From NCBI GenBank assembly GCA_000091205.1, contig AP006502.2: a stretch of 64,000 nucleotides of DNA. One strand, 5' to 3'. The translations under genes and the position numbers were made by a program. This DNA is from Cyanidioschyzon merolae. Taxonomy: Eukaryota. Below the pieces are notes generated by a model. That model made no database searches. It saw only the letters and a list, made by a program, of their open reading frames with translations, and was not told the origin of the DNA. Positions 33,853 through 45,869 of this stretch are shown one piece after another. How positions within the stretch are numbered: the stretch's first letter is position 1; each line of letters opens with the position of its first letter.

Positions 33853-35433
33853 ATGCATTCGACACGTATTCCGAGTTTCCTATTCCGTGGGCGATGCGTC
33901 TCCAGTACGTGTTGGCGCGTGAACGCTCCGCGTCGGCTGTCAGTACGGATCGTAGTGCTGGATGCTGGAGGCGAAGCGTCTCCATCGCACGTTTTTGAAA
34001 GCCTGCACGCATGCCGGGAGGCAGCGCGCATGCGTGCGCGCGCACGCATCGCATCGCAGCGCGCGCACGCATCCAAATCCTCCGTGCTCGTTCAAGCTCG
34101 TCTTGGGGTTGAGGATCCGCTTTTACGACAACGCAGAGAGGAACCTATGTCAGTCCAACTACGCACAGCGGAGACATACGCAACACGAAGTAATAGTCAA
34201 CAGAGCTTGCTGAGAAATAGTGAGGGCGTGCAGTTCCCGCGCCGCTGCAGCGACCAGCAACTCTTGTTTCGGCAGTGTGGCTATCCGCCGTCGCTCGGGG
34301 CGAGCACAGCGGGCGTCGGTCAGAAGAGAGAGCGGTCCAACGAAGCTACGCTTACTGATTTGCTGGAGAGGGAACTGCTCCAGCGTCCAGTCGCGCGCCC
34401 TTTTGCTCGCATTCGGCGGCAGCGCGGGCACCCGAACGACGCAACGCCAGCGCAAACCCGTCGCCTCCATATGGACGGCGTGAGTCGGTTAGGTTCGCCA
34501 GCGCCCCAGCGCGTCGAGACACCGACGGAGCTCGAAAGCTGGTTGCACTCTGCGTTGAGGCCGAAAGAGGTAACCGCCTCTATCGGAGATCAGGCGGCCT
34601 CGGAGCCCGTTGGCGAGGCCCAAGTCCCCAGCATCCGTCGATTGCTGAGACTCGCTTCCCAACCGCAGCTCTCGAAGCATGCGTCGCCAAACGGGCAGCC
34701 TCGGGCTGACTCTTCTGCCCTAACGCCAAACGCAGCTGCGCAGCAACAATCACCCGGCAGTACCTCCTCACATGAATCGCCTTCATCGTTCGATTCAATT
34801 GATGAACAGGCATGCATGGGGGCGCTATTGCGAGCATCCTTAGATCCACAACGAGCGCAGCGCCTTTTAGAGTGTGGTGCTGTACAGTACCTCGTACAGA
34901 AACTTCGAGATTCCACGAATTCCCAGGTAGTGACGCAGATAGCGGCCGCGCTGGTGAACCTCGATCCCGCGACTACCCCAGTTCCGGGGCTTGCGCAGGC
35001 GCTCAGCAAAAAGCTCTCTCTGCTGACGTCTGAATGTTCCGAGCGGTTGATGCTCTACACCCTTGGAGACGGCTCGAAACCAGTCCTTAGTCGAGTTGAG
35101 ATCGACACACTTGCGCGGCACGCGCTCGCTTCACTGCCGCGGCATCTTGTCTTGCTGCGGCGACTGGCGGAGCTGAGTGCTGGCGGAGCGAACGGCCACG
35201 CCACCTTCTGGAACCATGCCGCGGTTCAACTGATCGAAAAGCTGAAGCCGGCAACAGCCGCGCAGGCAGAGCATCTCCTTGCGATCTTACAAACCATCCC
35301 CCTGGCCTGCATACAAAACAAGCGAGCAGCATTCGCCAACCATATTGTCATCCACATCGCTTCGCGCTTTCCCGATCAGAATAGTGTCCAACGAGCCGCT
35401 GTGGAACTGCTCGGAAAAATTGCTGCTGCCTAG
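33853..35433 (+). CDS. Hypothetical protein, possibly with ARM/HEAT-like helical repeats
   Basis: 526-codon ORF with an ATG start. The C-terminal 250 aa are leucine-rich and helical (...LLECGAVQYLVQKLRDSTNSQVVTQIAAALVNL...). The N-terminal third is Arg-rich and may not be coding. Confidence 0.3.
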   Translation: MHSTRIPSFLFRGRCVSSTCWRVNAPRRLSVRIVVLDAGGEASPSHVFESLHACREAARMRARARIASQRAHASKSSVLVQARLGVEDPLLRQRREEPMSVQLRTAETYATRSNSQQSLLRNSEGVQFPRRCSDQQLLFRQCGYPPSLGASTAGVGQKRERSNEATLTDLLERELLQRPVARPFARIRRQRGHPNDATPAQTRRLHMDGVSRLGSPAPQRVETPTELESWLHSALRPKEVTASIGDQAASEPVGEAQVPSIRRLLRLASQPQLSKHASPNGQPRADSSALTPNAAAQQQSPGSTSSHESPSSFDSIDEQACMGALLRASLDPQRAQRLLECGAVQYLVQKLRDSTNSQVVTQIAAALVNLDPATTPVPGLAQALSKKLSLLTSECSERLMLYTLGDGSKPVLSRVEIDTLARHALASLPRHLVLLRRLAELSAGGANGHATFWNHAAVQLIEKLKPATAAQAEHLLAILQTIPLACIQNKRAAFANHIVIHIASRFPDQNSVQRAAVELLGKIAAA

Positions 35434-37204
35434 TATGCGAAGCGGGTCAGTTACACATGGCGATGCGCATTCGCCGGGCGCTCCGAGCCCGTGTCTGGCC
35501 CAATCGCCCGTGTATGGACTTGAGAAGCGCCACCGTTGCCGGACAAGCAGGAGAAAATGCGCACCCGAACTACTACAGCGAACGCGCTACACTCATGTCA
35601 GCGTAAAAATAAGAAGGCCACAAACATGGGCGTATGCACTAAAGTTTGGGGCATTTCCTGCAGGCACCACCGACAGCAGGCGTTGCGGGCATTGTCTGCG
35701 ACTGGTTCCTTTTCCACCCATTTATCTCCGGCTTGCAATACACCGGTCTCGCATGTCACTTGAGCTCCGTTGTCATTAGTCGAAGGATTTTGATAACACC
35801 ATTAAAGGACAAACTACGCGGATTTCAGCTCTTGTCGACACGTTTGATGCCCAGACGATGGTTACGATCTGCGCTCCTCTAACCAGTTTCAGCTCTAGTT
35901 TCGTGTACAATCTCGGTGCTCGTGCTCCAGCGGTGACACACGGGCGTGGTCAGATGTTCCCGCATGTCCAGCGAGCATTTTCAAGCCCCCGAGTGCCGTT
36001 CAACAGCTCGTAAATACTCGCTTCATCGCTCGGTATGCGCCCATTCACGGATACAGATTGCTTGACCGGGTGCATTCCTTCGTTTGCGCTGCTGGGCGAT
36101 CGACTCGACGAGCAGTCGGTCCGTTGCACATGCCCGGCCTCACTGACGTATTCGACAGAGGATATGTGAAACTCGATGCTGTCCATGATGAAACAAGTAC
36201 CAGAAAGAAAATCCAGCCTGGAGTACAAGCCCAGGAGCTTTGATCTGTCAACGTTCGCTCCATGCCAAGCGGTGACGCATTCCCTGCTTCAAGCGATCGC
36301 TACGATGACTCAAGTCCGAGCTCAGGTAATTTTTCTCGTCCATGTAGATGTGACGTGAGCCTCTGGATACATACCGCATGAGAGGTATCAGGCTGCTGTT
36401 TCCGAATGCTGTTTCGTCGGTGGAGACAAAGAAGGGAGCATTTTTCTTTCAAACGGAATCGATTATGATGAGAGATAAACTGCTCCGTGAAATTTCAGCA
36501 TGAGCCTGTGAACGAGTCGTCAACGGGCGATGTCGAGGTTGTGGATTCTCATCAAGGCAGCGGCGCGAATGGCCATAACAGAACCGTGGGAAACTCGAAA
36601 AATGCCAGATCCGAAAGTGCTCTACGTAACGAATGGACGAGTGCGTCGCCTTGTACGCCCGCGTTTGATGATGATATCGGCTGTTTACGAAAAACTTTTC
36701 TGGTGCCGTCGCGATTCGTCTTGATGATGGTGACGGAACGCACTCCACCCGCAACGCGTCGATGGAGCCACTCTGAAACGACGATCGAGAATCCTACGAA
36801 CGATGCTTGAACCCGTAAGCCGCCATTGCTGCTCTTCGGGCGTCCAGAACATGCATCTAGATAAAAATTAGAAAAAACTTGCCATGTGGGAACAGAGCGC
36901 CCAGTATGCAGTGTTCCAGCTCAATCTGAGAGCGCACGGCAGACTTGAGACGCAGGTCAGGAGCGCCATCCCTCCCTGCGGTTGGTAAACGCACACCTCG
37001 AGCTCGTGCTGCACCGTATCCATATAGCAGGCGAGTTATGCTTGAGCTTCAGGTCTAGAGCGCAGTCTCTTAATAAAGCTGACACCCACGTCCAGCAATG
37101 TCGTGATGCACCCGATTCACCTAGCTGCCAGGCTTCGATCTGCGGGCGAGAACACTCCAGAGCATGACAATCTCCCTTCGACGCTGTCATGACATCGCTG
37201 TCTG

Positions 37205-37228
37205 GCTCGCTCGCTCGCTCGCTCGCTC
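37205..37228. repeat. (GCTC)6 microsatellite
   Basis: Reads gctcgctcgctcgctcgctcgctc. Confidence 0.8.
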
Positions 37229-37263
37229 AAACGCTGAGGCGACTTGAATCCCCCGCGAAGCAT

Positions 37264-38748
37264 TCACGAGTTTGTTTTCGAGTCAGCATCATGTTTTTGC
37301 AACTTGGAGCGAGGCTGCTGTGGTGCATTCAGAAACGAGGAGACAACCGTCGACAACAGTATGACCAGACCGCCTAGAGCGCCCTTCCAGCCGAGCCGCT
37401 CACCCAGGAAAAGCACGGATAGTGCCGCGGCAAACAGAGGCTGCGTCGCCAAAATGACTCCTGTCTCGCTCGCTGATACTCGTTTTTGGCATTGCGGCTG
37501 CACGTACGCCGAGAACGCCGATACGAGGAGGCCAGTCCAGGCAACGACCCCTACGGTCACCAAGGCGTCATACCAGCTGAGTGGCGGCAGTTCAGCACCG
37601 GCATGCACGTGCCCGTTAGATTGACTACTGAAAACAGCCCATCCAAGACTGCAAACTGTCTGTACAAGGATCTTAGTGGCCGCCAACGGTGTTGTATCGG
37701 TAATCGCACGAGCGTATCGGTCTAATCGTAATACATAGACGGAAAAAGTGAACGCAGCAAGAACCTCCAGGGAATCACCGAGCCAGTTCGACGGCACAGT
37801 GGACGTCTTATCTTGCGAAAGCAAGAACACGCCCAAAAAGGCCATACCTGAAGTGATCAACGTCTGGCTGTTGAGTTGCGAAGATCCTGGTTCCAGAAAC
37901 CCAATCCTAGCGAAAAAATCTGATAACAATGGAATAAATACAGTTTGGAGTTGCACGAGAAAGGCCGCACGCGCGGCTGGTGTGTACTCCAGCCCAATCA
38001 CCTGCGCCACATTCCCCAGAAACACATAGAGGCCGAGTTCGAGGCCACCTCGAAACCATCGATACGTATCCGACCAGAAAAGCGCCGTCAGCGTGCTCGC
38101 CAGCTCGCGAGGCGACAGCTGGGCGCCCAGGCGTCCTCCTTCACCACCATAGCCATTGGCCGCTGTCATATCAGCACCATCAGCATTACCATAATCATCA
38201 TCAACAGGAGTACTATTCGTCCTTGCCCGTCGCAAGCGTTGTTGTAGCACTAGCCACTGCGTGCGCCAAACTGGCCAGAACGTTGCACTCGACAACAACA
38301 GACGGGCAGTATTGAATAGAGCTGGTGGCGGTGGATGTTTCAATGTGTACAGCTCACGCACAGCGGGCGAAAATGAACCCCATAAAAACGCTATGAAATA
38401 GTAGAGCGCCCTGCCTGGTACCTGCAACCCTGGCAGCACTGTTACCGCTCCGGTAGACCCGGTGGTATCGGCGGCAGCAGGCTTGTTCACGTGCGGTTGC
38501 CTGCTAGGCTGCTGCTTGCGACTCACCAGTATCCTATCCTGCTCCTGCTGAGGGTCGCTCTGGTTCTGCGATCGAATTTTCCTCACCCAGAAACCTGTTC
38601 GTGTAGGTCGACGGAAGCGACGACCAGCCTCGAGCACCGTCAGCGGTACCGCACAGCGACGGAGGGCCAGCGTGCTCCGCGGAGCGCCTGCCGCTGCACA
38701 TAACGGAAGGTCGCCCAGTGCCCAGGTCAATTCAGCTTCCAGGAACAT
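37264..38748 (-). CDS. EamA/DMT-family membrane transporter
   Basis: Multi-pass hydrophobic protein with two EamA-like halves (...ALYYFIAFLWGSFSPAVRELY... and ...LGLYVFLGNVAQVIGLEYTPAARAAFLVQLQTVFIPLLS...GVILATQPLFAAALSVLFLGERLGWKGALGGLVILL...). The track start at 38859 is GTG; the first ATG is at 38748. Confidence 0.5.
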   Translation of the reverse strand: MFLEAELTWALGDLPLCAAAGAPRSTLALRRCAVPLTVLEAGRRFRRPTRTGFWVRKIRSQNQSDPQQEQDRILVSRKQQPSRQPHVNKPAAADTTGSTGAVTVLPGLQVPGRALYYFIAFLWGSFSPAVRELYTLKHPPPPALFNTARLLLSSATFWPVWRTQWLVLQQRLRRARTNSTPVDDDYGNADGADMTAANGYGGEGGRLGAQLSPRELASTLTALFWSDTYRWFRGGLELGLYVFLGNVAQVIGLEYTPAARAAFLVQLQTVFIPLLSDFFARIGFLEPGSSQLNSQTLITSGMAFLGVFLLSQDKTSTVPSNWLGDSLEVLAAFTFSVYVLRLDRYARAITDTTPLAATKILVQTVCSLGWAVFSSQSNGHVHAGAELPPLSWYDALVTVGVVAWTGLLVSAFSAYVQPQCQKRVSASETGVILATQPLFAAALSVLFLGERLGWKGALGGLVILLSTVVSSFLNAPQQPRSKLQKHDADSKTNS

Positions 38749-39865
38749 TGGTAGAGCTCGAACACTAGGGTGAACAGGAACCACGCTGGCAGTTCCTTTG
38801 CTAAGGCGTCCACTAGCGCCGCAACGTTTTCCAGTAACCGGTGAACTTGCCGCTGCCACGACCGCCGCATACAGCGCTGCACTGGCCGTTGGTCGGATGG
38901 TGGCGGAGGCGATGGCGGATATGCTGCGGCGCTTTACATGTCGACAGATTCCCAGGATTTCAAAGACCCGGAAGGCAACACGTTCAAAGTTCGTTGCTAT
39001 GAAGCATGAGCTTTCGAAAGCGGGTTACGAAAGGTAACTCGCGTCGGGCATACCGTTCCCTTGCGGGCGAAGCGCACGTCGGCAGCGGGCGACAGCCCCG
39101 CACGCTTCACAGCGCCGAGCCCCTGCCTGAAAGAGCGTCCGCTGCGCTCGGGCGTCGCTACCCAGCAGTAAGTTCGCAGAGTAGGCCTGCACGTGCTGCA
39201 TAGTGACCGGAGCCCGTTTCCAGCAATACTTTGCGCGACTCGCAGACCATGGTTCACCGACTTGAGGTAGGCTTGCATCAGCGGTCTTCCCGTTCGCAGG
39301 CGAAACTGCACTGAGCTGCTCGTTCACCTTGAAAGGTCGCGATTGGCAAGCACGGTACAATGCAGAACATTGAGGGGGAACGGTACCGCATGTGCAAAGT
39401 GCTCACATCGATCAGCGTGCGGAACGATATGTACATCCATTTTCACGCGATACCTATCAACCATCATCATGGTTTGGCTTCTGGTGCCTCCAGACCAAAT
39501 CCCGTGCTCAGAGGATCGCGCTTCTTTCGACGCATGCTGGTGCACTCGCCCGAGGACAGCGGGAACAGCAAACGCATGTCGCCGCAGTGCATATACGCTG
39601 GATGGACGACCACTCGCTTTCGAGCAGTCGACGCTCGCGAGTATTCAGCAAACGTCTTCATCATGACGATGTCGCAGTTCCGAGGAATACGCTGTGACAC
39701 AGCGGCCGGTGTCGCGTTCCTGGCATCCCGCTCCCTTGTTGGCGCTCGTGCGTCCGCATGTGCACCGAAGGACGCACCAGTGCGCGTCTACGCATTCGGG
39801 GTACCAGCTGCGTTGCGACGCCACCGAAAACTCGCGAGTACGCGAAGCTTTGCTGGACGCACACC

Positions 39866-40492
39866 CTAGTATTGCTCAAAACGAGCACCAAGTAGAGCAG
39901 CACCTGCCCATGGAGTTGGTACGACAACAATGTCGTGCGTGGTAACCGAGCATTCAGGTGCTGAAGCGCGCAAACCCTTCACAACCGAAAATACCACCGT
40001 CATCGCGAGCGTCTCGCAGACAGTGCAGGAGGCGACGCGTACAACCAGGTCGCCTTGTAGGAGGCCTCCCTGGGCCGCTGGTGACCCAGCCTCTACCTGC
40101 ACCACCTTTGCGAACGGTCTCAGGTTCGACTGACCCAGACTCGTCTCAGTCCAGTCTGAGCTTTGTGCTGGCTGGTTGTCTCCGGGGCGGTGTTCCCGGC
40201 TCGAGGCAGTCCGCACCGCTGGTGCGCTCTCCACGACTCGTGACGCAGACGCTGTAGACGGTGCGGTTTGCGTGTGTGCTGGCCCGCTTGGAAGCATCTC
40301 CGGAAGCAGCCTTCCAGTTTCTTTCATTATCAGATAATAGTCGGTTTGCAGGCGCACGAGACGTTGCCAATACTGGCGGATCTGGTGTACATCGCAGTCC
40401 GAACGGGGGAAGCCGTCCTCGTGAACGAGTGGATCTCGCACCCCGGCAGGCGTGGCTTCTAAGCAGGATACCAAGTGTTCAATGTCACGCAC
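39866..40492 (-). CDS. PSMD9/Nas2-like PDZ-domain protein (proteasome regulatory particle assembly chaperone)
   Basis: PDZ core ...FAKVVQVEAGSPAAQGGLLQGDLVVRVAS.... C-terminal ...IVVVPTPWAGAALLGARFEQY matches the P-x-P-W-x-G-x-G-L-L-G end of PSMD9/Nas2. The track start is GTG and the first ATG is at 40327, so the helical N-terminal portion HQIRQYWQRLVRLQTDYYLIMKE would need a non-ATG start or an intron. Confidence 0.45.
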   Translation of the reverse strand: MRDIEHLVSCLEATPAGVRDPLVHEDGFPRSDCDVHQIRQYWQRLVRLQTDYYLIMKETGRLLPEMLPSGPAHTQTAPSTASASRVVESAPAVRTASSREHRPGDNQPAQSSDWTETSLGQSNLRPFAKVVQVEAGSPAAQGGLLQGDLVVRVASCTVCETLAMTVVFSVVKGLRASAPECSVTTHDIVVVPTPWAGAALLGARFEQY

Positions 40493-41514
40493 GAATTCTT
40501 CTTACTGTAGGGCTAGCGCTAGTAGGCGCTGTACGCTGTCGGAGGTCATTTGTTCGACGTCTCAGACAGGCGAACGACGGCGCGTAGCTCCAGGCGTTGC
40601 CCCGGGAACCTTTACGGACGAGGTCGTTTACGAGGCTCAGCGTCCGAAGACCATAAAACGAAAGTATCATCGGAACTTGGCTCGAAAGGAATCTGGGCAG
40701 AGTGCTGACGCTGTATACGATTTTTGAATGACGACAACAACAGCGACAACCGGCCTCATGGCATGGTCAGAAATCGGGACTGTCGAGCAGTGGGACGCAC
40801 GAAAACCGCACAATTCAAACCAGTTTCTCATTCCAGCGTCTGTGCAGAATGGACTGCAAGAAACGGGAATAAACGTGCATCCGTAGTCGGGAAGACTGCG
40901 GCGCATAGTTTGTTTACGATCAATAAAACGAACGAAATTCCTGTTGAGTAGGGTGATGCATACCTCGCCCGCACAAGCGTAAGATACTACAATGGCTACG
41001 CTTTTGATACAGGCGTCGAGGGGTATCGTGCCAGGCCCCTGCATCCCCTTGTCTGTCAGGGCGGTACTGCGATGGGCAGTAGCGTCGGCACCAGCGACAG
41101 AACCTATAGCAAGAGTTCATTCTACGTGAGTTTCCGATGTACAATACGTTGTTTTGGCTGCAGTGCACCGGTGAGAGCACGCATGTGCCAATGCGGGGTG
41201 TCGGACACGTGTCCTTCATCGATCGGTGCAGCGTCTCGCGCGGTGCACGCATCGCGCTCAGTGCGCGCACCTAGGAGATCAGGCAGGCGTGAGACACGAC
41301 GCGCATGCCGCCGTTGAAGGGAAACGTAATCGTAATCCGTAGCGTCTAGCTCTCGTGTAAAAGTTGTATTTTCATTGACTTCATGGGCAAGTGTAGTTTT
41401 CAGTTCAATTGTGTTTGAAAACTCAAACAAGTGTATTCTAGTGTTTTGTCGCAGTATATAAGAGGAGCGTTCAAAGAGGGTTCTTTTTCAAAAAAAAACT
41501 AAACAAGGAAAGTT

Positions 41515-43801
41515 ATGAAAAAGCAAGTCGACGATCCAGGAGGCCCAGTGTCGCCGGCTGCCAGAAAGAAAAAACAAAACACAGTGCCGAGTCCAGAAGA
41601 AGAGGAGAAGAAAAAGAAGCAAAAGGAGGAGGCTCTACGTCGAGTGCTGCAAGAAAGACAACTGTACGACGAGATGGTTGTGAAAGCTGGTCTTCTTGGA
41701 TATATCAAGGATCCCTACAGGGAAAAGTTCCGAGGCGCTATCAGAAAACGTGTCGATTCGTACTCCAAGAGTACTGTCAAGGCGTCGTCAGGACTGATGC
41801 ACTCGGCGAGGGAGATGTATCGCGACGTGACGTACATGGAAACAGTCGAGGTCCCAGACGAGTTGTTCGACACGACCTTTATTCGATACTTGATGCTCGG
41901 TACCGGGGAGATGCGAAGGGAAAATGAGCGAGTGCACGCCCTCTGCCAAAAATACTCCTTCTACAGCTTCGAGGGTACTCGAAACAAGGGTGACTCGTGC
42001 ATTTACGAATACGGAGCGATAAAGTACCCCACGAACCTGAATAAACATTTGACCGTGAACCTCGAACGTTTCATGATACGCGCCGTGTTTGCACTCTACC
42101 CGGGCATCTCTCGCAAAGCGATATGGATCATCATCGATAGCATCAAAAACGATAGTAAGAATGAACAGGAGATCGAACTTGTTCACGAGAAGACATCATG
42201 CAGGAAAACGAATGAAGCTTCTGTAATCCGTGCGGCTATACAAGAGCACCGTGCAGCACTGGGGCTGGCGAGTCCAGCAGAAAAGATATCAGAGTTGAAA
42301 AAAGATAAGAAAAGATACGATCGCCCTGTCCTGCGCTATTCCATATTCCTGAACGGAGAACTGGAACGCAGGGCCGATATGGAGCACGGTGTGGAAGCAA
42401 ATGCAGTGCCGGAGAAACGGGAAGCTGCGCTTCTGGCGAGGCATTTCAACGTCGTTCGGTTACGCGAGATCAAGTCCCATTTGTGACGATCGACTCCACA
42501 GTCTTTCAGGACATCATGAAGGAGATCTGTCCGGATTTCGATGTCAGCAGGGAGGTGTTCTCCGGTGAAAACCGGGAGACGTTTGAAATCGAAGATATTC
42601 TGCTTCGATTTCAAACGCCTCAAAGTGAGCAAGCAAAAGCTATCCGCGGGGATGATCGAAACCGATGGCGTAGCCATGTGTGTTGACTATCGGCGGTTGA
42701 AAAGCGATCGTCCTGGCCCGTCTTCGATATTGCCCGTGACGAAGCATGAAGATGAGAAGGAGGCGGGTCCTGCGACGCAGGAGGTGGAGGATAACGGCTT
42801 TATCGTTGGCGCGGTGAAGCATGATGAAAACAAGAAGGCGGATCCTGCCACGCAGAAAGCGCAGGATAACGACTTTGTCGTTGGCGCGGACCCTGGGAAC
42901 ACGAATATCATAGCCATCGCAGTACCGAAGCGTGCGGAATATGGTCACGACGGTAACTTGCGCCAGAAGGACATGCGTCTGTCGAGATTCTCGACAGCGA
43001 GATACCATTGAGAATCCAGTATAATGAATGTGAGGAAGAAAATCGAGACATGGAATCCAGGAATGAAAGAGCATCTGGAAGCGATGAGCGAGGTGACGAG
43101 TCGCGGAGCGGACTGTAAAGCTTTTCGGAATTTCATGGAAGTTCGTGTTGCGCATTGGGATGCACTGTGGGAGGAGTATACAAAGCCCTGGTGGGATCGT
43201 CTACGTATTAATCTATACTGTCGGAAGCAAGGTGCATTCAAGAAAATTTTCGATGAGTTCAGCGCCTTGAAGGAGGATGAAAGTCAGAGGCTCGCATTAG
43301 CGTACGGAGCAGGGCGCTGGGCTCCGAAAAAAGGGTGTACACCAGCTCCAACTACAAGAACATACAAGGAGTGCGCAAGGCGTTTCGCTACGATACCTGC
43401 AGATGAGTTCCGAACATCGTATACACACCATGGACTGGGGTGCACATTTCAAAAGGTCGAGATGGGAAAGTGTTAACGGAGCCCTGAAGATATCAAAAAA
43501 GTACGGACCGCTGACAGAAGAGCAAATGGAAAGAAAAGCGAATGTTCGAGGGCTATTCGCATTAGTAAGTACAACCAATGGCAAGAAACTTATGCGATTC
43601 CTGTATCGCGACTTTGAGGCCGCTATCAATATAAGGGCATGTGCGGTGCTGGAGCATAGACCTCCAGAGTTGACACGAGAGAATTTTATGGGGCAACCTG
43701 TCAAAGTGGGACTATATGAGAAAACTATGAAACCAGTAGCAGGTGGCCGGTCGAGAGAAACTGGGAGGCGTCTGCAGCTCAGTTGGCGACTTCGTGTCTA
43801 G
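41515..43801 (+). pseudogene. Fanzor/TnpB-like nuclease pseudogene (copy D): intact N-terminus, two in-frame stops and one frameshift
   Basis: MKKQVDDPGGPVSPAARKKKQNTVPSPEEEEKKKKQ... runs continuously to a TGA at 42484-42486. The second segment (42541-43011) holds RuvC-I, ...[25 protein letters not shown], and ends at the stop at 43009-43011. A frameshift near 43440 follows, then ...IPADEFRTSYTHHGLGC.... The final piece (43403-43801) has ...RFLYRDFEAAINIRACAV, which is RuvC-III. Confidence 0.6.
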
Positions 43802-43875
43802 GGCGCGGGTCACGCGCCACTACTGTACACCGGTGGCGTCGTTCGACTCTCGAACGGCGTTTGGTACGTGAGGAA
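43796..43875 (+). ncRNA. Candidate omega-RNA-like scaffold, or other conserved 3' structure, of copy D
   Basis: gtctagGGCGCGggtcaCGCGCCactactgtacaccggtggcgtcgttcgactc... A 6-bp GC stem replaces the 4-bp stem of copy C, which is consistent with a conserved hairpin. Confidence 0.3.
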
Positions 43876-43984
43876 CAAGTTACCGGCCTCTGATGCGTGC
43901 TTCGCTTCAAGCCTCGGGTGACAAAGTCGTTTTCATCAGGACTGTACCGTTTCTTTCTTTCGTTTGGTTTGCGGATCGTGCGGA

Positions 43985-44917
43985 ATGACCGCGCTCTGGG
44001 AGGAAGCTTTTGGCTCAGGGGTCTGGGCAGCGCTCATTGCCATGCTCGTGTGTGCGCTTATAGAGCGCTTCGGTGGCGCGGTCGGCGGTGTTCTGGCTAC
44101 TGTACCGGGCACCATTACACCAGCGTCGATTGGTATGTGGCTTGCGCGGAAGGATGTGGTGTCGTTTCGATCCAGTATGGCGTCTGCACCGGTGGGGCTG
44201 CTCGTGAACGCCGGCTTTTTGACGTTCTGGCGATATCTGCCCTACTGGGTTGAGCGCCTCCATCTGCGTCGCTCTGTGCAGTTGCTGCTACTGGTGGGCG
44301 GCTCACTCACACTCTGGGCGCTGCTAGCAATCCCAGTGATGGTTCTGGTGTCGTGGCTGCGTCATCGAGAGCAGATGCTCATTCTCTATGCGCTCGGCAC
44401 TGGAAGCGCATTGCTGGTGCTCGTAGTCGGTGTCGCTGGGACGTGGCACACGCCCAAGAGCACCAGCAGGGCCAGCGGTATTCCATGGTGGATGCATCCG
44501 GTGCGAGCCTTGCTGGCGTTCTTTGTGGTGACCGCTGCGGTGTGGCTATCGCATCAATGGCCAGCGCTCGCTGGGATTTTAGCGGTGTGGCCGGCTGTCT
44601 TCCTCACCACCATGGTTGCACTCTGGTGGAGCCATGGAGGTGATTTCCAAACGAGTGCCGCATTTCCCATGATCCTTGGACTTTGGGCACCTATGTTATT
44701 TTGTGGACTTGTTTGCTTTTTATATCCTCGTTTTGATGTAAGCATTGGTTGTATCTTGTCGTGGCTGCTTGCAGTGGCGCTTGGCACGATTCCTCTCGCA
44801 GGGTACATCCGCTGGCGCCAAGCGGCAGTCACGCTAGAGCATTTCCCTGTGAATCTACGTACCGCTGAGGATCTTTTCGTTGAGAACGCTCCTGAAAGTT
44901 CACAGTCATTGGCGTAG
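43985..44917 (+). CDS. Hypothetical multi-pass membrane protein
   Basis: ORF with about 8 hydrophobic segments (...VWAALIAMLVCALIERFGGAVGGVLATVPG..., ...LLLVGGSLTLWALLAIPVMVLVSWL...). The track start at 43964 is TTG; the first ATG is at 43985 (MTALWEEAF...). No family assigned. Confidence 0.35.
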   Translation: MTALWEEAFGSGVWAALIAMLVCALIERFGGAVGGVLATVPGTITPASIGMWLARKDVVSFRSSMASAPVGLLVNAGFLTFWRYLPYWVERLHLRRSVQLLLLVGGSLTLWALLAIPVMVLVSWLRHREQMLILYALGTGSALLVLVVGVAGTWHTPKSTSRASGIPWWMHPVRALLAFFVVTAAVWLSHQWPALAGILAVWPAVFLTTMVALWWSHGGDFQTSAAFPMILGLWAPMLFCGLVCFLYPRFDVSIGCILSWLLAVALGTIPLAGYIRWRQAAVTLEHFPVNLRTAEDLFVENAPESSQSLA

Positions 44918-45869
44918 ATGAAGCGTTTTCCTGTGCAACAACGGGATGCTGAGGATCCTATCGAAGAGATCGCAGCCAACCGCTCACAAGCGTTTGCGTA
45001 AACGCAGTCCTTGCGCCATATCGGTCGCCGAGGTTGATCCAGCGTTTACGTACAGCGTTCTGTCCATTCATTTGCTTTCGATCAAACGATGTAGTTGCAT
45101 ATGAATCACATGTGACATGCAGTTGGGAGAAGCGGAATGGCACACGGGCTCCCGTGTATCGTACTAGGATGCAAACGCATGTGCAATGTGTGTGTGTGTG
45201 TCTGTGTAAAAGGGAAGTCTTGAATCGGCTGCAATCCACGGATGAATTCACACCACGCTTTGAGAGTTTTCTGTCAAGATCTGGGTTTCCCTGACCATTT
45301 GTGAGCTCTCGTGATGGAACAAAGCTGTTTTTGGATATAGAACGTGTTTATCGAGGACATTTTCCATGGATATCAGGTGATATTCAGAACAGGGGATTCT
45401 ACAATGCCTGTACCAGCATAACTTGTTTGTTTTAGGTGTATTATCGCTGGTATTCGATAAATTAAATGAATTTATCGTGTAGATTGGAGAAAGGTCGCGT
45501 AAATACTTGATGATGTGACTGGTAGTTTGCGAACAACGGCCTTGCATGTACGCATCAGTCACACCACATTCAGCAGGTGTGTGAATCACGCGCCTCGTAG
45601 ACCTTCCAATGAACGTCGTGTACCCGAAACAGAAGTTATCAAACGATATCCACGCGATTGTCTCGTATTCAATGTATTCCCGTATAGAATCCCACTGAGA
45701 AATTCGATTAGTGAAGCCACCGGACGTGAACTATTCGCACTGTTGACATGGACGGCGTTGAATAGACATGGATGGATAAAGGAGAAAGCACGCTTGGATG
45801 CCAAACCGTCTCGTGTTCAAAAGTGCACTGTCGATTTCGCAGTCAACCGATGACGCCGCTTTCAGGTTG

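Larger units (their letters stand above)
40809..43875 (+). mobile_element. Fanzor/TnpB-like element, copy D
   Basis: Collinear with copy C over about 3.07 kb. The leader (40809-41514) is more than 95% identical to 15866-16570. It has a TATA box at 41455-41462, an ORF at 41515-43801, and a 3' tail at 43796-43875. Confidence 0.65.
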
